The position numbers were made by a program, and so were the translations under genes. A DNA stretch of 64,000 bases, taken from the NCBI GenBank assembly GCA_053919585.1, contig CM132783.1; one strand, 5' to 3'. This DNA comes from Euprymna scolopes (taxonomy: Eukaryota). How positions within the stretch are numbered: the first letter of the stretch is position 1; each line of letters starts with the position of its first letter. Of the stretch, positions 24,326 to 37,122 are shown one piece after another. The notes under the pieces are model-generated. The model ran no database searches. It saw nothing but the letters and a program-made list of their open reading frames with translations, and was not told the DNA's origin.

Positions 24326-25982
24326 GATTTGGATATATTAAAGGTGTTATTGGCGGAGGAGATGGTGTTGGTGTTTGTGTTGGTTGAATTGGTGTTGGTA
24401 TTCGTTGTGTTTTTGGTGTTGGTGTTAATGATGCTGTGTTTGTCGGTGGTGTTAGCTATGTTGTTTGTGGTGTTGATTGTGCTGTTTTTTTCGTTGGCAG
24501 TGATAGTGTTGACAGCGTTTGTTTGTTGTATTGGTGTTAATGCTGTTGTTGGCGGTGGTTTGTGTTGTATTACTTGTGTTATTGATGTCGTTTGTTAGTG
24601 TTTGTTTTGATAGTGTTGGTGTTGGTGCTGATGGTGTTGTTCATGGTTTTGGTTTTGCTGTTGTTGGTGTTGTTGGCGTAAGTCTTGGTATCGGTGGTGT
24701 TGGTTTTGGTTTTTATTTGTGTTATTGTAGTGTTTTTAGTAATATTGTTGTTGGTGTGAGTGTTAGTGGTGTTTGTGTTGGGGTATTGTTGCTGGTGGTG
24801 GAGGATATATAAAGATAAATAATTCAGCAAAACACTCTCGCCCTTTACTAAAGTTTATGTGGCCACTGAAGTTTATTTGTAATTAAATTAAAGTTGATTT
24901 AATCATAACAAAAAAACTTTCTAAATTCTCAAGGCGAGGATTAAGGGTAAATGGAGTTGTCATTAGAAAAAAAGGAAGTACTTCCATACATCTCCCTGTG
25001 GGAGGAAATGCAAATGGGGAATCTTCGTGTCGCCCCCGACTATAACAAGCCACTTTACTATTTTAAATAACTAATAAAGTGGTCAGCGTAACTCGTTATT
25101 GTAAACATTTCTTGGAACGTGTATTAAAGTTAAGTTATCATTTAGACGATCACGAATAAAACCGCAAAGCAAACATAATTACTCCAGTGTTTGAGAAAGA
25201 ACGAAATTAGAAAAGAGATTTCGAAACTAATGTTAGTAACCGAAAGGAAAGAATATTTATTTCCATCCAAGTTTTCTTGTAGTAAATGCAAAATCCGAAA
25301 ACATTGGCGGGAAGCTGAGTTTACCAAGTTTATTAAGCTTGCAATAGAAGAGAAGTGTGACTGAATTTGAAGCAATTGTTTAGCGTATTGAGTTTTCTGT
25401 CATGTTTTCGACTTTTTCGATATGACCAGTTAATGGAGAGGCCAGACGATATCTGATCGTCCATAAAACAACATGAAAATACGTCAAGGCTTCTCCAAAC
25501 CGAGCAAAGAATATTGACTAACATGTCAAGGTAGATAACTCTGTAAGGGTTTTGCTGCTATTTGCTGACGTCAAAGCATTCAGTGATGGTTTCATATTTT
25601 ATATATATATTTTTTATCCTTTCAAGCTTTATACTTTATTCTATTAAAGCAATGAACTAAGAAACCAGGCATTTCATGGGAACAATAATATTGATTTAGA
25701 TAAATATTTATCGCATAATCTTTAATATGATTAATTTGTGTGTGCGTGTGTGCGTGTGTGTGTTATTTACAGAATTATAAAGTTTTAGCTTATTTATCCC
25801 AAATTTATTAATNNNNNNNNNNNNNNNNNNNNNNNNNNNNNNNNNNNNNNNNNNNNNNNNNNNNNNNNNNNNNNNNNNNNNNNNNNNNNNNNNNNNNNNN
25901 NNNNNNNNNNNNNNNNNNNNNNNNNNNNNNNNNNNNNNNNNNNNNNNNNNNNNNNNNNNNNNNNNNNNNNNNNNNNNNNNNN

Positions 25983-27660
25983 GGGGAGGGGGGATGCGTC
26001 CAGTGTGTTAGCTATGTTAAGTTCATGCTTGCATGCCTTCTCGCTTCCAGCAAACACCGCTGGCTAACCTCGCGGTGAAAAGAGAGCAGCTACGTGTAAC
26101 CCTTCCCTGCCAGTACACAACCCCTCCATCATCAAGACTACTACAGTGCCTTCACGTCGGTCACACGCTGTAACTGGTTACTTTGCGGCCACAGGCTAAA
26201 CCTGTAGGGGATCTCGGAGTAGTAGTGGGCCCCAGACGTAGTATGTTACGGCCCACCGATGTGTAGACAAGTTCTGGCACAGTACCAACATCTACCCCAC
26301 TGTCTTGTGGGTGCCCCAAAATCAAACACCACTGCTTTGTGGGCCTTATCATGACAAAAGGCTAAGAGATGGGAACTTCAAATCCTACTGTTGACTTGCA
26401 GTTTTCATTTTTTAAAAATGCTATGGAACCTCATCCAGAAAGAAAAGGCGTAGCAACGGACACAATAGGTCGACTGTCTACCTCACTGAGATTACTTTCG
26501 GCCAGAAGCTCCGACCTGCTCTACTGCCAGTCGTCGCAGGGTCGCTCCACTGGACAAGAGCACTGGAGGTTCAAGGGGTGTCCATCTGCTGCTAAATTTA
26601 AACTGCACAAGATGAAAAGTCCTGTGGCGATGGTGTGGGGATAACGGTGGCAAGTGTGAGAGCTGGGAGCCACTAGTCTGACCTCTGCGCATAGGGGCCG
26701 TATATGATGGTCGCATGTGTATCGAGTGAACCACAATACTGAGGCAGCTGCACGGATGACCAAGCAGCCCTGTTCAGGGATAGCACTGCTTGCCCTGAAA
26801 GGGGACGCCTCTATAAAAAAAAGTGAGGTAAATAAAGCTTATTCAAAGACCGAAGTCTATGTGACTGTCAAACCGCGGGCAGTGGATCTCCAATCCAGCG
26901 GTAAGAACAGAAGAGATAGCAACACTCAAGACATAAACATCGCTACATGGAACGTCAGAAGCATGCTCGATACGGAAGATCCAAGAAAATCCCATTGAAC
27001 AGACTTCCGTAAAGCATTTAATACGGTTGACCGAATGATGTGAAAAGTCCTTAGAGTGTTTGGATGCCCTGATTACTTCGTGGGAATCATCAAACAATTT
27101 CATGAAGGAACAAAAGAGAGAGTTGTAGTAGGGAATCTAGAAAGCGAACTCTGGGATGAAAACCACGGCAGCAAACAAGGGCGCGTTAGGGTTAGGGTTA
27201 GGGTTCACCTTTATTCTTTATTCTTATTATTTCTGACAACCGTGTTAATGCTGTTTCATCTTCATCCGCACGCGTTCTGGCGGAAAACTGTTCAACCTTG
27301 CAAGACTGACGGCCAAGACCAAGATTAGGAAGGAGCTGATAACGGAACTGCTGCTCGCAGACGACACTCCTCTGATAGTTCACCATCAAGCTCAGATGCA
27401 GAGGATAGTTGATACTTTCTCTGAAGCAGCTAGGAAATTCGGTCTATTAATCAAGATAGGATAGACAGAAGTGATGTATCAGCCCTCACCAGATAACAAC
27501 GACCTCCAAGAGTCTATAATAACAACCACCGGCGAGGTGCTAAAAGTCGTTGAAAACTTCAAATATCTTGAAAGCACTCTAAGAATTTAGAACTGTGCTG
27601 ATAAAGAAATAAGATGCCGAATCCAAAGTGCATGTGCCTCCTTTGGTAAGCTAAAAAAGC
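25983..27660 (+). mobile_element. Internally deleted RTE-clade LINE with GC-richer 5' UTR
   Basis: APE N-terminus DINIATWNVRSMLD (~26930). RT remnants FGCPDYFVGIIKQFHEG...KQG, ELLLADDT, FKYLESTL and EIRCRIQSACASFGKL. Confidence 0.88.
26092..26207 (+). ncRNA. Degenerate HDV-like ribozyme at the RTE 5' end
   Basis: P1 acgtgta/cacacgc, P2 ctacag/ctgtag, P3 gcc/ggt around L3 ttcacgtc, J1/4 tgtaac, P4 tggtt/ggcca and J4/2 gctaa, in the canonical nested double-pseudoknot order. Confidence 0.6.
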
Positions 27661-27682
27661 CTGAATGATGGTGATGATTATG

Positions 27683-27745
<63 letters not shown>

Positions 27746-27994
27746 TGTGTGCGTGTGTGTGTGCGTTATTTGTTTTTTGTTTTTGTATTTGCGATACTTT
27801 TTTGGATGAAAGTTCATTTTTACCTAAATACGAGTTAGGAACAATTTTCACTTTGACCAATTTAAATAATAATTAAAATTTTGAATATCGTCCTTACGGT
27901 TTTATAAGTTTTTTTTTTAGTGAAAATAGGACGATATTCAAAATTTTAATTATTCGACAAGGAGTACAAGCCAACAAGAAATTTAATCTATATA

Positions 27995-28052
<58 letters not shown>

Positions 28053-28290
28053 ATTTTTCAATTTATTTATAATTAAAAAATAATACATATGCTGCTCCCC
28101 ATTTGGGGGTACCAAATTGGTCAAAGGGAAAAATATTTCTAAGTAAAAATGCACTTTCGTATAATTCATTCAAAAAGGTATCGTAAAAACAAAAAAAAAA
28201 ATAGTCGGGGCTCGACGCTGTATCCCTCGATGTTGGCGTAGTCTTCTTTATATATATATATGTTATTAAAAGTTTGGATAACAGGATTTT

Positions 28291-28376
<86 letters not shown>

Positions 28377-28378
28377 TT

Positions 28379-29520
28379 TACACAGTGATCACCACTTATC
28401 AAGGCCCGGAAGCCACTCAGGGATAAGGGTTATTGCAAGTACATTACGTTAGTGTGGAGATTTGATGAAGTGTTTACTTAAGGGGCGGTTCATTAGGAAT
28501 CTGTTAACGTTGGACTTGAAGACATCCAAGTTGTAGTCCGGTGGGAAGCAGGCAGACGGAACAGAGTTCCACAGGCGTGCAGTTCTAAGAAAGAAGCTTT
28601 GTTCATGGAATCCGCGTTTTGATTTAGGCACAGATATATAGTGGGGGAAATTTTTCCCAGTGGATTCAGCTAGACGGGTGTTTTTCGTGAAAGATTGGCG
28701 AGGGGGGACCAGAGATTTGGAGTTCAGACGAGCACCTGCCATGGAAATAACGATAAAACAAGAATAGGCTCGCGACGTCTCTTCTGTGCGAGAGAGGTTG
28801 CAGGGTAGAGAAAAGGGCATCCCCCACTAAGCCACAAAGTCTATTTTGTACTCTGTCAAGGCAGGATAGGCTGTTTTTAGCAGCTCCTGCCCAGATATGG
28901 CAACAGTATTCCATCCTTGGACGTACTTGGCTTTTATATAGATAGAGAATTGCATCAGTAGTGAGATATCTTCTGGAGCGGTAGAAGGATCCCACCATCT
29001 TTCCAGCAACCTTGGTAACAGACTTGATGTACGTGTTCCATTTCAGATCAGGAGTAAAGGTCAAACCCAGAAGCTTGTCAAAACACGGGGCCTCACCCAG
29101 ACGAGAGCCATCCATCACAATTGATGCCAGATGGGGATTAGAGCGTTGATGATGTAAGAATAGGAGTTTGGTTTTGGATGTATTAAAGGTAACCAGCCAC
29201 ATCTCCCCCCACTGACCCACGCGCTCGAGATCAGAGGAGAGAGAATCAGAGATAACTTTGTCATTTACAGCCTTTGATGTGTTGCCGTAGATGGTCGTGT
29301 CATCAACATAGATGCCAACGAATGATTTAAGTATGTGTTTAGGGAGGTCATTGATGTAGATCAGGAAGAGAGTTGGGCTCAGGATTGACCCCTGAGGGAC
29401 TCCAGCATTTATATTGCAGGCCTCCGATTTTTGTCCATCTACCACTACTCTTATGAGCGTATCGGAGAGAAATGATTTAATGATTGAGAAAACATTTCCA
29501 GTTATACAGTATCTGGAAAT
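28379..29520 (-). mobile_element. 5'-truncated CR1-group (L2/CR1/Daphne-like) LINE, best-preserved copy
   Basis: ORF 28666-29547 has RT motifs GVPQGSILSPTLFLIYINDL and YVDD, plus RPRMEYCCHIW and LSHRRDVASLFLFYRYFHGRCS. Frameshifted C-terminus SFFLRTARLWNS, and 3' tail. Confidence 0.95.
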
Positions 29521-29689
29521 CCAAGGATAGTTGGTAGTTCTACTCACCAGCCCCTGAGATATATATATATATATATACTGCGATAATTATTAAATACTAA
29601 TATTTCATCCTTTCGGGAATCATCAGTGCAGAGTGTCACGATTATCACCGCTCGATAGATTCGTTTCTTGCTTTGGGCCCAACTCACTT

Positions 29690-29958
29690 TATTATGTAAG
29701 ATCCATGTCCAAAAAACCTATATCTAAAATTTCAATTGTTTATACCCAAAATTGTCGGAGGAGTTTGGTAGAGTTCTTAAAGGTCAAATCGTTAAAAGCC
29801 AAATTTCTGGCCAAAAACGGATTACAAAGATTTTCCCAAATCTCAGTACCCTGTATCCCAAATTTCGAGTCTGTAGACTAAAAATTGACAGAGTTATTGC
29901 GTAGGGAAATGTACACAGATACACAGACACACAGACAGATACGTTCACTTATATATAT
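29690..29958 (-). mobile_element. Helitron-like family A fragment
   Basis: Homologous to 31370-31669. Confidence 0.8.
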
Positions 29959-29961
29959 ATG

Positions 29962-30013
<52 letters not shown>

Positions 30014-31233
30014 AAAAAAAATATATATATAAGAGAAAGAAATGTATACAGACACACANNNNNNNNNNNNNNNNNNNNNNNNNNNNNNNNNNNNNNNNNN
30101 NNNNNNNNNNNNNNNNNNNNNNNNNNNNNNNNNNNNNNNNNNNNNNNNNNNNNNNNNNNNNNNNNNNNNNNNNNNNNNNNNNNNNNNNNNNNNNNNNNTG
30201 TAAGTTAAACTTTACAATCAAAATTTAATGTTTTACTAAATACTCCAAAAAACAATTTACAAAGTCCGTATGCCGCGGCGTTTCAAAGAATGCTATTCTT
30301 GCTATTTTTCTCATCAGAGGACATAAAGAAATCAGCAAATTATATTAGTAGCAATGCTAGAATTTGCTTGTTAAGGCATTAAGTGAAACCGCAATTTATT
30401 GTAGTTATAAATTGCGTATATCAGGTAAACACTGCATCCCTTTGATTTCATTAAATATACATACATATAATGCTTATTCCAGAGACTAATAATATAACAT
30501 ATAGCTAATCAGAAAGTTACCAAAGTAGGCGAATACAAATTATTATATTGAAAAGTATTGCATGAAACGAATTTATTATTATTTCATCCAAGCTAAACGA
30601 TTTCATGATATTCTGAACTAGAATTAAATTATCATTCATGAAAACGATTATATTTAGCATTAAATAAAAACAATATTGATGCGTCGTGAAGCAGTCGCTC
30701 AACAAAACAAAGAGATAAATCCAGAACCTATTAAATATCACCAACAACAAAAATGAAACAAAAACAAAATGGATAAGGTCATTAGAAATGTAACCTGAAA
30801 AACAGTTGCTCATTCTCTGTAGAATATGTTTGGAATTTACGCATTTTTTTTTCGCAACTTATTTTCTCGTCTTCGTTCACTGGGAGAATTCATCGTCCCT
30901 GTTTTTTTTTTTCATGTGTCCAATTGATCGCGTTAAATGGCTAGGTAAGTAGTACCAGTTGTGTTGTAATTGATGTCTATAATCCCTGTCTTATGGGGAA
31001 ATAATGTAAACGAGTGGGCCACACGCACGCTCTTGGTGTCTTGTAGACAGGAAGAGAGAGAAGGGTCGCTGTCCACTAAGTTGTACGATCCTAATGATGG
31101 CTGTTCAGCGATATAGACAGTTGATCTGAAAAGAAACCTTGATTTGGAAAAATAACCTCAGATCCAGACAAATTAAGGGTTCTAATTCCGAAGAAAGCAT
31201 GTGACACAAGATCCGCCATCATTTTTCTCTATA

Positions 31234-31669
31234 CTAGCATTTCAGCCCAGCGTTGCCCGAGTTTTTGGAGGTGTATGTTGAGCAAAAAAAAGTGCTCATT
31301 TTTTTTTAATTTGACTCCTATTATGACTCCTTAACATTTATTTTTTTTGGCTCAAATCAAGTTATTAAGTTAGATCTATGTCCAAAGAACACATATATGT
31401 CTCTAAACTTTCAAGTGTTTAGACCCAAAATTGTTGGAGGAGTTTGGTAGAGTTCTCAAAGGTCAAATCGTTGAACTTTGACCTCTTAACAGCTAAATGT
31501 CTGGACGAAAACGGATTACAAAGATTTTCCCAAATCTCAGTACCCTGTATATCAAATTTCGAATCTGTAGACTTAAAATTGACAGAATTATTGCGTAGAG
31601 AAATGTACACATACACACACGCACACACACACACACACACACACACGTTCACTTTTATAGATATATAGA
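31234..31669 (-). mobile_element. Non-autonomous Helitron-like element (family A)
   Basis: Minus-strand 5' TC (ttttatagatatataga|t) and 3' hairpin plus CTAG (a|ctagcatttcagcccagcgttgcccg). Confidence 0.82.
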
Positions 31670-33469
31670 TAGAGGAATTGCTCCAGACAAAAGATGAAGT
31701 CAGCTTATGTTAGAGGCTAAAACATAACAATAGATGATTATCGCAAAAACAGGAGATGCCTACAATATTTAGTCTTGAAAGATAGGAGGAAAACTATCAG
31801 CAGAAAGAGAGTCCGAAAAGTTCGCAATTCTTGCAAAGAATGTATTAGAATGGGTAGATGTATTGATGAAATTCGTGATACGAATGAACCAAAGGATTTG
31901 GAAAAGAAGGGAAGCAGAGAATACATCAGATAATTCCGAAGAACACATACCATAATCTATATAGTTATAAAACTCAAATGACCTTGTAACGGGTGTTGTA
32001 ACCCAACAACAGGTTTACGACTTCCAGTTGCGCATGCAAACATAAACAAATAATCAACGCGGCAATAAAACGTATTGTTTTATTCAACGTGTTCTGCGTC
32101 CCAATTGTTTGGGGTTTCTTTTCATGTTAAAATTATCCAAATAAACAATTGTTAATATTTTCTGCATTTTTTTTTTTTTTTTTTACATCGTTCATTGTCG
32201 TATTACGTTTAAGTCATTTTAACGCAATTTTCTTACAAATAAATCTACTTTAACTCATTGACAACCATAAGAGAATTTTACAACGGCGATTTACCCACCG
32301 CCTTATTTTTCTTTAATTTATCCTCCATTTTTAATACATATATAATTTGTCTCTTTTTTTTTCTGTCCGTCAGTTTTTTTGTCTGTCCGTTCCACTTTTT
32401 CTCAGAAACTACTGAGACAATCTAGTTGAAATTTTGTATAAACTTTCGTTATGATAAGGTGCAGTTAACTAAGTATTACAGTATCGGTTAAATTCACAGT
32501 TGGGATAATTAACATTAGTAATTCAATTAAAAGACATTTATACATTTTCTTCTACACTACCAACATAAATAAGTAATCCCGAAATATTTTTTTTAATTTG
32601 CGTTACAAATAAATAATCCACGCGACAATAAAACGTATTGTTTTACCGTGTCCATTTTCAGCATCCCAATTGTTTTTTTCGCGTTTAAATTAAAAGATAT
32701 ATCAAAATTTGAATTTAACTTTAAATATTATGGTATCTGTTCAGTGCACATTTACCTATAAGTGTGGCAAACCACTTATAATTCAATTGCTGTAAGATTT
32801 TTTCCAAAAATAAACAATTATAAACAGAACGACTCATAGAAATCTATCTGTATTCTTTTTTCATTTTTAATATACTTTCATAGAAATGTTTCTGTTATGT
32901 CACAAAAAACTATTTTCTTTACGTCACATGTGTCACGCTCATACATTAATTCCATAGCTAATATAACATACTGCCTCAACGGGTCACGGATAAATAATTT
33001 AACCAGGCAGTAAGGTGTGGGAGTGATCTCCAAAAGGTATTTTTACTTCTGAAAGTTGGCAAGAAAATCATGCCCAAGTGTGACGTCACAGCACAGGTTA
33101 GTGATGACGGATAACTTGACATTATGGTGGAGAGATACTGTACAATGGCCTAGGGTAGTGGAGGGATGAGAACTGTTAGCCATGAAAATCCTTTCCTTAT
33201 TTGGTGAGGTAGTTTATCCAAGATTTATAACCTTGTCGGAGTGAATAAAATTTTCGGAGCTCCCTTTGCCAACGAGTATATTGAAAGATTTCCCCTTGAT
33301 TTTCCCACATAAAGTCGAGCGATTTAGACACTCCGAGAAAGTATATGTCTGAAGAGAAGAACCAAAGATAGACTTACCGGGATTGATAGCAGTAGCAGTG
33401 GGCGATTTACAGAGAAAACGGTGGAATGAGCGAATCTAATCAGGGGCATGTTTCTGAACGTTATCAAGT

Positions 33470-33606
33470 CTAACATAAACAAATTCCTGATGAACCACCC
33501 CCTAAAATAAGACGTTTTATCAAATCTCCAATAACGTACTGTAAACGCAATAACCCCTATCCCCGAATGGCTTCCGGGCCTTGATAAGTGGTGACCACCT
33601 TGTAAA
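33470..33606 (+). mobile_element. CR1-group LINE 3' tail
   Basis: taacccctatccccgaatggcttccgggccttgataagtggtgaccacc tail. Confidence 0.85.
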
Positions 33607-34594
33607 GAAAAAATCCCCAAATAGGACATACAGCATCGTGCGTTTCGACAGTAGATTAATAGAGACAGAGAATAGTCTCGTGTGCGAGAAAGTGTGTGGG
33701 ATGAACGATAAAACCGACTTAATGATAAACAAAAAGAGCATTGAACTTAACGCATAAAGGCTAAGAAAGATTTAACAAGACAGAAATAGTCCAAATAGTT
33801 CTGGAACCGATTCTACTGTCAAATCATTCATTAAAAAAACTCAGCAAAAAAAGGCCACATCTACAAATGAAGGACACAAACCACGTCTAATAGTGAATAC
33901 TAAGACGAATTTACAAGCGTTGGATATTGAAACATGTTGATTAACTTCTGACTCGGCTGGTGTTTTATTCGCGGTGTCCCTTGCATGTAACGTTGTTATT
34001 ACTTTTAAAATAAACCCAAACCTTGTATATAGAGACTTGCAAAGAAAATAAAACTTTGACAGAAACGTTTTTACCTAAAAAAAAAAGTTATTTATTTCCT
34101 CCGGTTTAACACATAAGTCGCCGACACGTATTTACAACACAACAAAATATGTTCAATTCTTTCTTTCCTTTTCCTGGTCAGGTAGCAATTCTTTGTTTCC
34201 AGCCAAAATCCTCTGCCGACTCCCTTTCGAAAGTGTACAAAAAAAAAAAGAAAAACTCGCGTGTTTATCAAGCTTACTTTAAAATCGCCGTGAGTTTTTT
34301 CTCCCTTCTTCTTTTACCTCCCTCCGTTTTCTTCTGTTCTTGATGTTTATATATGCATTTCATTTCGTGATGTCACACTCACGCCTTAAATGCTGACGCG
34401 ACGTTAACTCGGCACATGAGTCGTCAATATACTTACGTATTTAAATGACAGAGTAAGTGACTACGTCACACACATTCCAGGCTGAGTTAATTGTAGACGC
34501 TGAGAGCAATGGGTTAGCTTTTGCTTACAAAATGGAATGATAATATTGAAGCCCTAGAAAATTACAGAATGGAATGATAATATTGAAGCCCTAG

Positions 34595-34885
34595 AAAAGA
34601 CGATAAAATCCCATTTCCCTTTGATAAAAACAGTTTTTTTTTTTTGTTTCAGACCATCCCCGGCCAGTTGCTATTGGGATTTATGCACACCTTTCATGTC
34701 TGAAAGTGAAACAATGTTCAAAGAGCGAGATCGGAGATGCGCCGCTTTACAACTCATACTCTTTACCGATCCAAGTTTTGACAATAGGACCATTGCCAGC
34801 ACCTTCAAAATGCACATCCGAACGGTTTAACTCTTGAGGGCACAGCTCAACAAAGTTTCCGATCACAGTTATGGTCTTTGTCGTG
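34595..34885 (+). mobile_element. 5' fragment of the maT element family at 4123-5037
   Basis: Shares atgttcaa..agcgagatcgga...tacaactcatactct...gacaataggaccattgccagc with 4291-4380. Confidence 0.82.
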
Positions 34886-35427
34886 ATTCTATTAGATCGC
34901 ATCACAAAATATGTTGTTTCTATACAGAACGTCAACATCGTCATTATATTGTTAATTGCGATTCAAGTGCATTCCTTCAGTAAAGATTCGCATGGATACC
35001 TATATATGAAGTTTCATGTCTGTAGACCAAAAACTGACAGAGGAGTTTGGTAGGAATTTTTTTTTTTAGAAAAATATATATACGCAAGCATAAATATATA
35101 TAGAAAGAGGTTTGTGTTTACTATAATCTTTTTTACGCAAATATTACGCAAGTATAAATCATATAGAATATCTGCATGAATATAATTACACGTTATAGTT
35201 AACTAAAGATGATCATCTTATAAGAAAGCCGAAAAAAATTAATAGGGAATTAATAAAAATGAATGTTTAAAAGAATATGCAAATTAGCTAGATCTGTTGC
35301 AAATGAATGCAATTCCCCGACCTATATATAACGAAGTTTTGTTTTCTTTTTACATGAATAGCGAAAAAGATTCTTCATATGAATATCAATACACACAAAA
35401 AAAATTATAGGAGTAGAGATAGATATA

Positions 35428-35983
35428 TCTATCAACTATTATACAAAAAGAAACTTTGTCTGTAAGTCCGTTATCTATCAACTCGAAAACGACTAGGCTA
35501 TTTTTTTTTATTTTAGACAAATGTACTTTATGTGCCCGGTAGTCTTCTTAGATAGGTTTTGTATCGATAATCGAAAAAATCTGATGAAAGAAAGAGCAGG
35601 CAAATTTGACTAAAGTTAATGCCTTATACAGCTTCACATCAGCTTGAGAAGTTTTATTAGCGCACAAGCAGAAAGACCCGGCATATAAAATCAACAGTAG
35701 GTTCTTTGATATGACAGGGGAACGTTCGAAATGAATGTTTCTGGTTAGATCACAATTGAACTTTGATATCTGCGTTTTAAACTTCAATTCAAACCATAAT
35801 ATAAAATAATTTTCTAAAATCAACAGTAGGTTCTCTACAGTGCAATGTAGACTACAATGTATTGTGGACTAAGTCACAGCGGGGAGGATTGAAAACTGGG
35901 CGGTTTTACCGATTTCCATGACAATAAAATATGGGAGGGTGAAATATTTGTTTTTCTCCGGGCAACGTCGAGCCTCATTGCTA

Positions 35984-35984
<1 letters not shown>
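35428..35984 (+). mobile_element. Non-autonomous Helitron-like element
   Basis: 3' ccgggcaacgtcgag...CTAG end. Internal segment 35685-35835 is shared with 62575-62730. Confidence 0.55.
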
Positions 35985-36046
<62 letters not shown>

Positions 36047-36559
36047 TTAAATGGTTATTGAAATGGTTTATGAATGGTTACTGAAAATGTATTCAAATTT
36101 AAAAAAAAAAAAACGTCATAAACCTGCAAGAAAAGTATACAAAATTTTAATTATCCGACAATGCGTTCAAATAAACAAGAAAACCCTTATTCCATGGAGT
36201 TTGGACAAATGCAATTCTTATCATTAGATGGGAAATGTTTGCAAAATATATAATGAATTTTCCAGTTTAATGCATTAAAGGAAACAAACAATATGATATT
36301 AATCATGCTTGCATCAAACAAGTTATTTAACAATTAGTGACACTTTATGAGATAAGGAAAGCAAGACACGGGGAAAATGGAGAGAAGGGATATGGTAAAA
36401 ATCCAATGAGAAAAAAGATAAAATCAAGAATAGAAAAAAAATCCGGAATGGGTCCATTGAAAATCCTTTGGTAATCCATGAAAAATAGAATTATAAATGT
36501 TAAGGGTAAAATAACGCTTCCAGAAAAAACATCAGATTATAGAAAAGTGAAGTTTTTTA

Positions 36560-37040
36560 TATGATGCAAAAACCGATAGGTAATCTTCCATTGTGATAAT
36601 GCTCGTTCTTACAACGCGCTACTGATCAAAGGTTTTCTAGACGAATTTAGTTGGTAAATCCTGCATCTATCCTTCGTATACTTTTGCCTTAGCTCCCCCA
36701 GTTATCACTTTAATCGATGATTACAAAACAATTTATATGACCTTAGGACAACATCGTGAGAGGTGATTGAACATAATATATATTTCTCATGAACACCTAA
36801 AAAAAAATTACAAGAGATGGGGCATTCCAAAAGTAATGCCTCCTATTTTTATTCCGCCCAAATTGATCAAAGGGGATAGCAAATTGCATTCTTATGATGA
36901 CTGAACTTATACATACATGATCTGAAAATTTTGTTTCTCTGCTACAGATATTGACGGTGTGAGACTATAATTTATAAGCTCGTTGTCAGATGGTACCAAT
37001 TTATAGAGGCAAAGGTTATAATTATTATGAATGAAGATTT
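36560..37040 (+). mobile_element. Mariner transposase 3' fragment with nested 5' fragment of a second mariner
   Basis: VIFHCDNARSY motif. 36820-36960 is homologous to 37125-37270. Confidence 0.55.
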
Positions 37041-37122
37041 TCAAAAACACAGTTTTTTTTTTTTCATTTTAAAAATGAAATTATAACTTGGCAAGAACGT
37101 TTGCACCTAACTAGTGGGTAGG

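Noticed and set aside
28666-29547. Intact reverse transcriptase gene
   Set aside because: It is 5'-truncated with a non-native start and a frameshifted C-terminus, so it is a LINE fragment.
30274-30320. CTGATGA...GAAAC on the minus strand
   Set aside because: Stem II is AU-rich and weak, with no stem I/III or NUH site; probably chance.
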